64,000 bases of DNA. Origin: Selaginella moellendorffii (taxonomy: Eukaryota; Plantae; Lycopodiophyta). The stretch is from contig NW_003314317.1 in assembly GCF_000143415.4 (NCBI RefSeq), forward strand, positions 999,183 to 1,063,182. The letters run 5' to 3'. A model generated the notes under the pieces. That model was not told the DNA's origin. It saw nothing but the letters and a program-made list of their open reading frames with translations, and searched no databases. Of this stretch, positions 39,601 to 50,980 are shown in pieces; position 1 is the stretch's first letter, and every line of letters starts with the position of its first letter. The translations under genes were made by a program, and so were the position numbers.

Positions 39601-42215
39601 GAAAAGCGCACTGGTGGCGCGTCGAAGAAGGAAAAACAGACAAGCAATAGGAAAAAAGGAGGTACAAACTATATTTGCAATGGCGTGTGGTCTCATGCCA
39701 TTCCTTGCAGGAGACACTTCTTCAAAGGCAAAACAGGCAAGCACCAGCCAAGCTCAAACTGACAGTGGTCATAAAAAGCGAAAGCACGTTGGACAGTCGT
39801 CGGGATCAGAGGCGTTTGATTCGAAAAGGAAGAAGGGCAACGAAAAGATGATAGGTAATGCCTCGCGGTTATGGCGTGTGTGCTCATGCCATTCATTGCA
39901 GATCAAGGGCTGAGTGAAAGGAGCCAGTCACCACCTTCTGACTCAGATTCCTATGGCGGACTCCCCTTCCCCAATCTCAATGGAGAGGTACAATGGATGA
40001 GGGATGCTTTTCAAGTCAGGGCCACGTTTTTCTCATCTCGTCGTCTTCGAAGTTTGCAAGAACGTGCAGAAACCATGTTAAGACAGTCGGGTGAGGATAC
40101 GGTCCTAGGTCACGCACTAAAACAGGCTATGGATGTCTTGTATTTTGAGATGGAGACTCGGCCAGATGATTTTTCCAAGATGGTCCTGGAAAAACAAGCA
40201 ATCCAGCCTGAGCAGCCTATGGAAGAAATGCAAGAGGGGGATGAGGAGCCAGAGAAAGATAATGAGCAGGAAGAGCAGAAGGACGAAGAGGAGGACGAAG
40301 AAGAGGAGGACGAAGAAGAGGAGGACGAAGAGGACTTGGATGGTCCTCACAATGGTGACGATCACAATAATGACGAGGACGATGATGATGATGATGGCCA
40401 GCCTAAGGTGGCCAAAGAGCAGCGGAGGAAGGTCATACAAGACAAACCATCAGGTAAATAATAGTACATCCATTCCTAACCTTTTACCATTTCTAACATT
40501 GTCCATGTAGGTCGCAGAAGAAATGGTAAGTAGAGATTATTCAGTTGAATTAAGATACAAACTCTAGCCTTTAGTGTCGAGGAAGGATAGTGCCAAGCAA
40601 GGGTCGAAACGTATGTCCAATCCTTCAGAATCAGCAGTGCGCCCAAGTGATATCGGTCCTAGTTCCTCAATAGCAGTTGATGGTAAATACAGTATAGTCG
40701 ATTCAATGTGCTAATGAGTTTGTTTTTAGTAGCACGGGAGGATACCATCTCAATCGAAGGGAGATATTTGGACATGCATATGGATCCGCCAGTGGACTCT
40801 ACTTGCATGCAAGAGTCATCAGAGCTGGTGGAGGCTACTATCCATATCAACGCCAAGCAAGCTGACCACGCTCCACTTGATGCTGCCCATACCACTGAGT
40901 CAATCTTGTCCACGTATCCAACTGACGGTGACCAGGCGCCATTGGACCCGCATGAGGCCGCCCCAGCCGCCGAGCCGGTCGTATCCTCATTTCCAACGTG
41001 TGCCCAATCGTCTGACTACGCGCCGTTGGAACCTCCCTACACCGCCCCTGCTGCCTGTTCGGTCATGTCCACTTTGCCAACGGAGGCACCAGCTGAAATG
41101 GCGTGTGATCACACGCCATCGGAACCACCCCATGCCACTGTTGAGCCAGTTGTACCAGAGTCTACAGCTGAAATGGCATGTGCCCACACGCCATCGGATG
41201 CGATTGACCCCACATTGCAGAGGAGAGTATTTCTGCCCTTCACGTTTCCTCGACCAAAACCCTCTGAACGACCATCGGGAGCACCATTCGCTAATATTGT
41301 AGATGGTAAAATTGACTTGTACCATTTTTTATGCTAACGCATTTCATTTCAGAGTCACGGCGAAAGTACTGTATCGTTTTTGATCTGAACGGTGTCCTTT
41401 TCTCCCATGAGCGTGGCTCGTCCTCGAATGTCACTGCACCCTCCAAAGCCTGCGGTCGCAAGTTGGTCAAAAGAGACAGATTCACATTAATCACACGGGA
41501 GAAACTGCGGGATCTAATAATGACCATGCGACACTTAAAACAGAGGGCCGGGTTCAATTTGCAATTGGGAGTTTGGACATCCATGATGCGCCACAATGCA
41601 TTAACGTTGCTACAGATGATGCACGATCAGACGCGAGTAATATTACCATTTGACTTTCTCCTAACGCAGGAGGATTGCTTGACTATGGTCCATGTGAGGG
41701 GTAGCAAGCCCATCTTCGTCAAGGCAGAGGCTGTAGTGATGAACCGGACTGCTAGGTCAAGTGAAATCCTCATCATCGATGACTCGCCGATTAAAACTGC
41801 AGCGAACACGCACACATATGCAGTGCACCCCATCTCTTGCAGTATGGAAACTAGGGAGAAGAAACCGTATGTTCTGGGGGACCTTGCAAAACGGCTTGAA
41901 GCGATGGTGATAGAGAACCGGCCAGTCCAGGAGGTGGCTGCAGAAATCAACCAAATGGCAGATGGAACGGTATATCAGAAGCCATTTGATCGGACAGACA
42001 CCAGTCATCATTTATGGCATGTATATTGTCTAGCCAAGCACTATCCGCATCTCCATAATCTGCTCAACCGGATGGGTTCTTCGACCACTGAACATGAGCG
42101 TGGACGTATTAGAGAAGAGATGGCATTACTATTGGGTTTAAATCCTGATAGTGTGGAGAGTGATGAAATTCCAAGATTATTGTATAGGCGTTGGAGGCAA
42201 AAAATAACAGTCTGA
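36626..42215 (+). CDS. Multi-exon transposon cargo gene: ParB/Srx-like + degenerate amino-MTase-like + acidic linker + FCP1/NIF-type HAD phosphatase
   Basis: GT-AG introns 36629-36867, 38046-38099, 39409-39458, 39534-39589, 39662-39710, 39855-39901, 40454-40510, 40526-40574, 40683-40729 and 41306-41352 join the ORF pieces in frame. One unresolved frame break near 37510-37550. Motifs FYAVSGQHSSLAM; KCVVEYNCGGLFFRAALLKGVPCVAV; IVFDLNGVL and LIIDDSPIK. Confidence 0.72.
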
Positions 42216-42646
42216 GATGGCATGTATTTATTTAAAAATGTAACTTATTATGGCATGGGGTTCCATGCCATTGTATTAATATTAAAAGACAATTCTTTGA
42301 GAGGATTTGCATTATACTAGAAGTGTTACAGCATGTTATTGGAAGTCTACGAAGTTGTTTTATTAATAAGGGGAAAGTAAAGATTGAATGGGGACTTGGG
42401 CTCCACCTAGACTCGGAGCAACTGAGCCAATATTAAAAGGATGGAAAGAAATTGGACGACGATGACAAGGAGAAGAGAGAGGTGAAGCAGTGAGAAGTGA
42501 TTGAGTAGACATTTCCTTGTTTATAATAAAATGGCATGTGCCTCAATGCAGTTGAATTTTGTTATATTTATATACTATATAAAGGTTTGGAAACCTTATT
42601 TTACAAGTGGGATAATGACAATTCCCACTTTAACGAAATAGAGCTT

Positions 42647-45466
42647 GTGGGGAGTCAAGGATTCTCGGTTGCTTTGTTTGCAGGTGAGGGATACTATGGG
42701 GCTTGCCTTTTAAGACCTCACAGCAAACTGGAAAAGGTGGTGGCCTCATTTTTCTCTTTGTTTGCATTTTGAGAAACAAAGAATCTGGAAAGTGTTTGGT
42801 GGGGGTAGTTGATAGTAGTTTAAACCTGATGGGAGTATTTATTTTTACATTAAATATCATTTGTTAAATGTAGTGATGATCCTAGATGTGTGCCCTCTTG
42901 CTCACACAACTGATATCTTGGATTGTTTGGGGAAAAATTGTTGATTCATCAAGTTAGATTTTGCTTTTGGCCGAAGAAAATATTCTTAAGACTGTTTTTT
43001 GTATATCATTTGATTTGTACGAGTTCTTGGTGATGTTGTTTGGTTTGAATAATGTTTTAGCAACTTTCCAGCGGATGATGGATAAAGTTCTTTATGATAT
43101 GCCAAAAGTGAGTATTGACTTCATCGATAATGTCTTAATCCACTCAGAAGGGATGATGTCTTAATCCACTTGGAAAGGACATGGGAAGAACACGTCCATG
43201 ATATTCGTAAAGTGTTAGATTGGCTACAATAAGTTGGTTTAAAGTTGAAGCAGTCGAAATGCATATTTGGGTTCAAGGACACGACTTATCTTGGGTATCG
43301 TATTTCTCGTGAGGGTTTGCAAGTTAATCCTAATAAACTTGTGGCTATTCCAAAGTTCCCTACTTCGAAGTGTGTGAATGATGTGTAGTGCTTCTTGAGT
43401 AAAGTGCAATATCTTAATCGTTTTGTGAATCATTTTTTTGATTGCACTGCACCGTTACAAACGTTATTGAAGTCATTAACATCATCTTTCATCTTGTCTG
43501 TGGATTGTGAGCGAGCGTTCATGGATCTCAAGGAGCTATTGACGACTCCTCTGGTTTTGGTGTATTTTAACTACACTCGACCTTTCATTTTGCGCATGGA
43601 TGCTTCTGATATTGGTCTTTGAAGTGTATTGATGAAAAAAAGCTTGAATCTACTTGGTCAGTGCTATTTTATTGCATATATAAGTTGTACATTACAACTA
43701 GTGGAAGCAAACTACTCAATGATAAAGAGTTTACGGTTTTAAGAAACTTTATGCATATCTACATAGTTCTCAGATGTTATTGGAAGGTGATCATGTTGCT
43801 GTTACTTTATTATTGAAGTGGAAGAACTTGATTAGTCGTACTGTTCGGTGGGTTTTGAAGCTTTAGATATATGATTTTGATATTGCTCATTGTTCGAGGA
43901 GTTTTATAGTTGATGCTGATGCCCTTTCTTAAGCTTCTTTTATTTCTTTGCTCTCTTCTCATGTTTCTGACGAGCCTATTATTTTAGCATTTATAGATTT
44001 TCTATACGAGAATTTTATATAGTCGGTGGTGCATCATTTGCTGATGACTTACCATTCTGGCATTTACATTCTTAATATCGCTTTGAGGATGGCTTTCTTT
44101 ATTTTGTGGGGACAGACCTTGATAATCATTTATCGTTGGTGGTGCCTTTAATTTTTATTCCATGGTTTCTCCATACTTACCATGATTCTCTTATTCTAGG
44201 CAGGCATATAGGACATCATTGTGTGATTGAGAAGTTACACAAGTCTTTCTATTAGTCGGAGATGCAACGTGATGTTATTTGGTATATGCATAACTACATT
44301 TAGTGCCAAGCTTATAATACTCCCCCTCGTGCTATGGAAGGACAATTGGAGTTAATTGCAATTTCTCATCTGTTTAAGTTGGTGGCATTTGATCTTATGG
44401 AACTTTTTTCATGATCGACTTTTGGCAATGAATATGTTATTATTGCTTTTGACTACTTGATTTGCTGAGTGAAAGTTGGTGCTCTTGCTAGTGCCTTTGC
44501 AATTGATGTTAAATACTTCCTCCTCAATCGAGTGGTGTTCCAACATTCTTGTCCAGAGCGAATTCTTTTGGATAATAGTCCCACATTTATGGCTAAAGTA
44601 TTTCATGTTTTGACGTTTTAATTAGGGATATGCCACACTTTCATGAGTGTTTATTATCCATAGTCAAACAGTTTGGTGGAACAGCTTTTTCGAACATTCA
44701 AAGGGATGATCACGAAGTACGTGAATTTTTAGCATTTGGATTGAGATGGTTATTTGTTATTTCTTTAGTATGCATATGTCATAAGGGTGTAGAGTTTTGT
44801 TAGTGCTTCACCATAAAAACTCTTATATGGTCATGATCCAATATTATCAACAAAGTTGGGTTGTGTAGCGCATGTGATCATGGGATGAGATTTGGATATA
44901 CTGTCACCGTGGATCCTTGGAACCTTGGGGGATAAAATAGCCACTAAGGGCTCTCTCATCAAGCAATTGCCCCTTTTCCAGTTGGCTTAAGGGGAGATAG
45001 ATAAGGTGCGCTACAGGTTGACCTTTGTGATTACCACGAGCTATTAATGCTAGGTCGTGGGATCAATATTTGACGAGCATTCTTTCATTTATCCGAGTAG
45101 AGTTTGCCGAACACTTGGGTTGCATATAAATGGGAGAACAACAACGCTACAGCTCTCATCATCATCCACTTGTGGAGTACAAAGTGAATGATTTGGTGTT
45201 AGTCCATTTTCTTATGATATGTGGTTTATCTAAGAGGCTCCTTGCTTAGTAGAAAGGATTGTATTAGATGTTGCAGCAAGTTGGATTGTAAGTTTATGAG
45301 GTTTGGCATGACGTTTAGTAAGCCGATCCTTCTTCGTACAAAGGGATTAAAAAGAACTAGTACCACCTATACATCTATAAATGCCTTTTTTTTATGTTCC
45401 TTTAGATCCCGGCTCATCTACGAGAAAATTTTAATGATCTTTCATTATTCTGAGAGGAGGGGATAA
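42647..45466 (+). mobile_element. Decayed Ty3/gypsy pol (RT, RNase H, integrase) with PPT
   Basis: LYEFLVMLFGLNNVLATFQRMMD...FIDNVLI (RT), PFILRMDASDIGL (RNase H), integrase-like remnants, GAGAGGAGGGGA PPT before TGTG at about 45467. Many stops. Confidence 0.88.
44864..45015 (+). mobile_element. 152-bp solo LTR with TSD GGTTG
   Basis: TGTAGCGCA...TGCGCTACA termini; GGTTG at 44859-44863 and 45016-45020. Confidence 0.9.
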
Positions 45467-45735
45467 TGTGATATCCAAGTGTATAGCTATGATGCCATAT
45501 ATTAATATTAGTGTAGTGGGATTTTGGTAGCTGTTGAATTGGTTTTAATACGGACCACTCATATACAAGTTAGGGTTTTTGGGCTAATTAATATGCATAT
45601 TTTTTATATTCCCTTTTTATATTCCACTATTAATTAAGTTAAGGATTTACATTTAACATGTGTTGTACATATAAATATACATCATTTGATATTATTATTA
45701 AAATTAGTGAAAAGGAAGATGAACCCTAAAATGCG

Positions 45736-47937
45736 ATGGACGACAGAGGTATGTTTTGTAGCGTCCCAGTTGTTGCCGAATCTTTATGCGGCGCCTTGTC
45801 TCTTGCCCCGACCGGATGCAACAGCCCAGTATCTCGGCAAGCCTCCAACGCGAATCTTGTCACGCATGACGCAACCCACATCGAATCTGTCCACGCATCA
45901 TTGAAAGCTTGCATCAGGACCAAGGATTTGCAATGGGGGAAAGTGATCCACTCGCAAGGAGCGATCCTCCTTTCCAGGAATGTTAATCTGGCCAATTCCC
46001 TCATCACCATGTACTGCAAATGCGGGAGCCTCGACGACGCTCGCAGCGTTTTCGATGGGATGCTACTCCGGGACGTGGTTTCCTGGAACGCTTTGATGCA
46101 AGGGTATGTGGACGCTGGCCAGGGAGGCAAGGCCTTAGAGATTTTCTCGCGGATGATGGAAGATAGCGGCTGTGACCCGGATGCTCGGAGCTTCGTAGCT
46201 GCGATCAAGGCTTGCTCCAGCGAGCTCCAAGAAGGAGAGTCTTCGACAGATTCGGATGGGAAAAAGCTCTCGATCAGGGGGAAAGCTCTCGACAGAGGGC
46301 GATGGATTCACTCTCAAGCTGCAAAGTTTGGCTGCGAATCCAACATGTTTGTTTCGAGCTCGCTCATCGACTTTTATGCCAAGTGTGGACGTTTGGTTGA
46401 CGCGCGCCGGGTTTTTTCCAGAATGCGAGTTCGCGACGTGGTAACTTGGAATGCGATCATTCTGGGACATGCCGAGAACGAGGAGCCGGAGCTGGCTTTG
46501 GAGTTCTTCTCGAGCATGCAAAGGGAGGGGAGTGTTCCAAACTCTCGAACTTTCGTCGCGGCGATCAAGGCTTGTGCTGTTCTTGCCGAGTTTGAGTCGA
46601 GCACTAGAGTGGAGAAGTCTGATGTGAAGGTGGCGAGCTTGGAGAGAGGCATGGCTCTTCACTCGCAAGCGGAGAGAAGTGGCAGTGTCTCGGACGTGTT
46701 TGTGCGGAATATTTTGGTGGATATGTATGCAAAGTGTGGAGACGTAGAGGATTCCCGGCATGTTTTTGACAGAAGTTCCCATCGCGACGTTGTATCCTGG
46801 AACGCTTTGATCCTGGGATACGCAGACAACGGAGAGGAGCATCTAGCTTTGGGGCTTTTCTCGAGCATGCCCAAGCCAAACTCTCGAAGTTATGTTGCTG
46901 CTCTAAAGGCTTGCAGTGCTCTGGCAGCTAAAGAACAAGGCAAGGAGTTTGATGGAAAAGCTGGCATCAAAATCGATTCTTTGGAGAAAGGCATGGCTCT
47001 CCACGCTGGAGCAGCGATATCCGGCTGCGAACTCGATCACTTTGTAGCAAACACTCTGGTAGACATGTACGTGAAGTGTGGTAGCACTGAAGATGGCCGC
47101 AGGGTCTTTGAGAAAATCCCACACCGGAGTGCTGTTTCGTGGAGCGCTTTGATTCTGGGCTATGCAAACAACAGACAGGGGAAGCTGGGACTCGAGCTTT
47201 TCTTGCAAGAAATGGAGAAAACTCCGGGTTTGACACCAAACGCTCAAGCTTTCAACTCGGTTTTAAAGGCTTGTGCGAGCGTTGCCAACTTGAGAAGCTC
47301 CAAGTTTTTTCACGGAGAGATTTGCAAGAGTGGATGCGAAAGTATCCCTGCGCTGGGGACGAGCCTGGTGGACTCTTATGGAAAATGCGGCAGTTCGAGC
47401 GAGGCACAGCGAGTGTTTGATCTTCTCGCGAGGAACGATGTGGTAAGTTGGACTGCTCTTATTTCTAGCTACGCTCATCAAGGTGATACTGAAAAGGTTT
47501 TGTGCTGGTTTCACAGGATGCGGGACGAAGGAATTCAAGCAAATGAGGTAACTTTGCTGTGTGTTCTCTCGGCTTGCAGTCGTGCGGGATTGAGCGACCG
47601 AGGGAAGAAATACTTTGAGGCAATGGTTCCAAAGTTTGGTGTCACTCCGAGCATAGAACACTTCCACTGCATGGTGGACATGCTGGGACGAGCAAACTCG
47701 CTGGAGGAGGCGGTGTCCATGGTAAGCTCGATGCCATTTCGAGCGAGCTCGGTGTCATGGATGACAGTGCTAGATGGTTGCAGGAAGTGGAAGAATGTGG
47801 AGGTGGGAAAGCTCGCGTTTGAATCGCTGCTGGAGCTGGACAAGCGAGATTGCGGTGCGTACGTTGTCATGGCAAACATCTATGAGAGTGTGGGGATGTT
47901 TGAGCAGGCAAAAAGCAGCAGAGAGAAAAGAGAATGA
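45736..47937 (+). CDS. PLS-class PPR protein with E domain
   Basis: 733-aa intronless ORF: NSLITMYCKCGSLDDARSVFD, DVVSWNAL repeats, HFHCMVDMLGRA, AYVVMANIY. Confidence 0.93.
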   Translation: MDDRGMFCSVPVVAESLCGALSLAPTGCNSPVSRQASNANLVTHDATHIESVHASLKACIRTKDLQWGKVIHSQGAILLSRNVNLANSLITMYCKCGSLDDARSVFDGMLLRDVVSWNALMQGYVDAGQGGKALEIFSRMMEDSGCDPDARSFVAAIKACSSELQEGESSTDSDGKKLSIRGKALDRGRWIHSQAAKFGCESNMFVSSSLIDFYAKCGRLVDARRVFSRMRVRDVVTWNAIILGHAENEEPELALEFFSSMQREGSVPNSRTFVAAIKACAVLAEFESSTRVEKSDVKVASLERGMALHSQAERSGSVSDVFVRNILVDMYAKCGDVEDSRHVFDRSSHRDVVSWNALILGYADNGEEHLALGLFSSMPKPNSRSYVAALKACSALAAKEQGKEFDGKAGIKIDSLEKGMALHAGAAISGCELDHFVANTLVDMYVKCGSTEDGRRVFEKIPHRSAVSWSALILGYANNRQGKLGLELFLQEMEKTPGLTPNAQAFNSVLKACASVANLRSSKFFHGEICKSGCESIPALGTSLVDSYGKCGSSSEAQRVFDLLARNDVVSWTALISSYAHQGDTEKVLCWFHRMRDEGIQANEVTLLCVLSACSRAGLSDRGKKYFEAMVPKFGVTPSIEHFHCMVDMLGRANSLEEAVSMVSSMPFRASSVSWMTVLDGCRKWKNVEVGKLAFESLLELDKRDCGAYVVMANIYESVGMFEQAKSSREKRE

Positions 47938-48868
47938 TCGAGTGGATCGGTACCGAAGAACAGCAGAGGATGAAACACTCGCAGGTAGATGTCTTTCTCT
48001 TCACGAGCAATCTACGTTGCATTGAGCAGCCGCGAGAGCGAAGAGCACCGCGTTCAGCTGGGAATTATTAAACCAAGGTGGAAGAATTCACTCGTGAGAA
48101 AGCTCCGGGATACAGATCCAGGTTTTAGCGTTTGGATCGACAAAAGAGTGAACATAAACAACAACTTGACGAAGAAAACACACAGGAACAGGGACACGGA
48201 CAGGAACAGGAAACTGGAACATGGAGAATTCAACACGGGATGAAATGGAAAGGCAGGAAAAAAAAAAGGATTTCTCTTCCTCCAGATGCAGACAATGCTT
48301 CGCCGTGTCTCGATCAATGACCGCTCAAGGCTCTCGATGCAATCAAAGTATACACTACGACACGCTCAGCGCTCCTCTCCGCTCGTAGCAATCCGACAAA
48401 GGCGGCGCTTTTGTTTCACTCGAACACGCAAACGCCTCTTCCGGGACAGTTTTACACTTGATCGATCGCGAGCAACGCCAACTTTCGCGTGTCCGTGAGA
48501 ATCCTTTCGTCCTCTTGTAGCAACCAGCGGGTGGAGATTTTTGTGTGAGAGCCGGGAGCTGGATCGAATCCATCTCTCGAGCCCCGTGACAGATCTACGC
48601 CGGCATTTCTTTCCGACACATTCCCCGCGTGTCAGTTTCCTTGCGTCCTTTTCTTCCTCTCGACCAACTTTCTTTCTTTTTTCTTCTTCCTCGTCACTGT
48701 TCCTGGCAGTGTTTGTTTTCTTCCGCTCGAATCCGCTGCTATATTTCTCCCACGACGCCCTTTCATTGAATTCATTGTACAGTCATCTTCTTTTTTTTTC
48801 TTCCTTTTTTTCTTCCGCTTCTTCTTCTCTCTCCCCCAATTCTCACAAAAAAAGAAAAAAAGAAAAAA

Positions 48869-50530
48869 ATGTTTCATCATCCATTCCAAGAAGATCACAT
48901 ACCTTCTCACGAGTTTATACTTCAACCTGAGGAGCTTCTTATGGATATGGAACTTTGTCCTTCGAAAAAGGAGCTCGAGGCTCTTTTTGTTTATGGCGGC
49001 GAGCCCGACTCCGTCTTGGATCTCGGCCCTTACATCAGTCCTCTCAACAGTCCCAGCTCCGAGGCCTCGAGCACCATTTTCAACACACATGGATTCTCCG
49101 ACGAGCCTTGGGAGTATGAGACGATCGAGGACATGAATTTCGACTTGGATCTCTTGTCTCCCACTTCGACAACTTCCAGCAGCGATATCTCCCTCCAGGA
49201 TCCAGCCGATGATGATACTTGCGATGATCATCTCAACATGCTCGAAGATCTACTGCTGGACGACGATGATCACGATGGTCACACTCGGCAGGAACTGGAA
49301 GTGGAGCAGCAGCAAAACCACCACGTGGATCAAGGCAGCAAGCTTGACGCTCCACGAGAAGAAGAAGAAGAAGAAGGAATAGAAGAGGTCGAAAGAGCAG
49401 GAGAAAAACAAGACGAGGAGAAGAGAGGCCTGGAGATCGTCCACTTGCTGCTAGCATGTGTGGAGAACATCCAAGGAGGAGACATGGCAACATCAAAGCT
49501 CATACTGGATCATCTCGCTGCTTCCAGTCGCGATCATCCTCCACACCTCTCAAGCCCGATCGAGAGAGTCTCCACACACATCTCCAAAGCTCTGAGCGAG
49601 AGAATCACCAAAACATCCATCTTCGACGCCACCACCAGCGATGATCTCGCCTTTGCGCGCCGAGCCTTCTACCAACACTTCCCATTCCTCAAGTTCGCGC
49701 ACTTCACCGCAAACCAGGCCATCCTCGAGTCCCTGCGAGGCTGCTCCCAGCTCCACATCGTGGATCTCGACATCGATCAAGGCATGCAGTGGCCAAGCCT
49801 CATCCAGGCGCTCTCGCAGATCGAAAACGCTCCACCTCTTCGCATCACCGGCGTCGGATCCAGCTTCGCCGAGCTCCAGAGCACCGGACGCCGGCTAACC
49901 GAGTTCGCCACCTCCATCGGCTACCACAAGCTCGACTATCACCCCGTCCGGCTAGACTCCCCCGACCAGCTCGATCCCTCGGCCTTCTCTCTTGGCGACG
50001 ATGACGATCAAGATGTCGGCCTGGCCGTGAATTGCTCGATGTTCCTCCATCGTCTCCTCGGCAACCATCCAGCGCTGGAACGCACACTTTGCATGATCCG
50101 GGCATGGAATCCACGCATTGTCACGGTGTCCGAGATGGAAGCCAACCACAACACTCCGAGCTTCGTGGATCGATTCGTGGAGGCTCTCCATTTCTACTCG
50201 GCGGTGTTCGATTGCCTGGAGTCGGCTCTGGCACGGACGGACCCGGACAGGATCTACATCGAGGGCGCCATGTTTGCCGGAGAGATCCGGAGCATTCTTG
50301 CCTGCGAGGGCGCCGACAGGATCGTCCGGCATGCCCGGAGCGAGAGCTGGAGGGATTTCATGCGGTGGTCGGGGTTTAAAGATGTTGGACTGAGCGATCA
50401 CTCGCTCTATCAGGCTCACGTATTTCTCACATTGTATTCGCAGGCGTATAGGCTGACGAGGGAAGAACAGGCACTTATACTGGGCTGGCATGACACTCCC
50501 GTAGTGTCCATCTCCACTTGGAGCTGCTAA
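48869..50530 (+). CDS. GRAS family transcription regulator
   Basis: LLLAC, PFLKFAHFTANQAI, LHIVDLDI (VHIID), QWPSLIQAL, RFVEALHFYSAVFD, C-terminal STW (SAW). Subfamily uncertain. Confidence 0.95.
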   Translation: MFHHPFQEDHIPSHEFILQPEELLMDMELCPSKKELEALFVYGGEPDSVLDLGPYISPLNSPSSEASSTIFNTHGFSDEPWEYETIEDMNFDLDLLSPTSTTSSSDISLQDPADDDTCDDHLNMLEDLLLDDDDHDGHTRQELEVEQQQNHHVDQGSKLDAPREEEEEEGIEEVERAGEKQDEEKRGLEIVHLLLACVENIQGGDMATSKLILDHLAASSRDHPPHLSSPIERVSTHISKALSERITKTSIFDATTSDDLAFARRAFYQHFPFLKFAHFTANQAILESLRGCSQLHIVDLDIDQGMQWPSLIQALSQIENAPPLRITGVGSSFAELQSTGRRLTEFATSIGYHKLDYHPVRLDSPDQLDPSAFSLGDDDDQDVGLAVNCSMFLHRLLGNHPALERTLCMIRAWNPRIVTVSEMEANHNTPSFVDRFVEALHFYSAVFDCLESALARTDPDRIYIEGAMFAGEIRSILACEGADRIVRHARSESWRDFMRWSGFKDVGLSDHSLYQAHVFLTLYSQAYRLTREEQALILGWHDTPVVSISTWSC

Positions 50531-50980
50531 ACACTTCAATCCAAAACTGTGTATATAAACACTACAGGTAAAACTTTTTTTTTTTTCCTTTCTTTTTGAA
50601 ATAAAAGGGAGAGAGAACAAGCAAAAAAAAAAAAAAACAGTGGTATGTTCTCTATAACTATGGGGAGCCGAAAGTGATGACCTTTTGTGTCCTTCAGCTT
50701 CTATCTTTGTAAATAATCAAGGCTTCTGTTTTGATATGGTTTCACGGTTTACTTCAATGTATGCATAAACAGTGCTAGAGTAATTTTTTTAATTTTATTT
50801 TTCACATAATTAAAGAGAAGAAAAAGGGAGAGAACAAGAAAAAAAAAAACAAAAAACAAAAAACAAAAATTTTTAGAGGAGCTGAAAGTGAGACCTCTTG
50901 TATCCTTCAGCTTATCTTTTACTTTGTAAATAATCAAGGCCTCTTATTTGATATGGTTTCATGGTTTGTGATTTTCATGG

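Larger units (their letters stand above)
29330..42646. mobile_element. 13.3-kb Sola-like TIR DNA transposon with cargo gene, both ends intact
   Basis: Perfect 24-bp TIRs AAGCTCTATTTCGTTAAAGTGGGA (29330-29353 and 42623-42646). 4-bp TSD GTGG (29326-29329 and 42647-42650). Long uninterrupted transposase ORF. Confidence 0.92.

Noticed and set aside
29872-42553. CRISPR-like array from the 24-bp palindromes
   Set aside because: Spacing is irregular, copies are degenerate, the context is eukaryotic and there are no cas genes.
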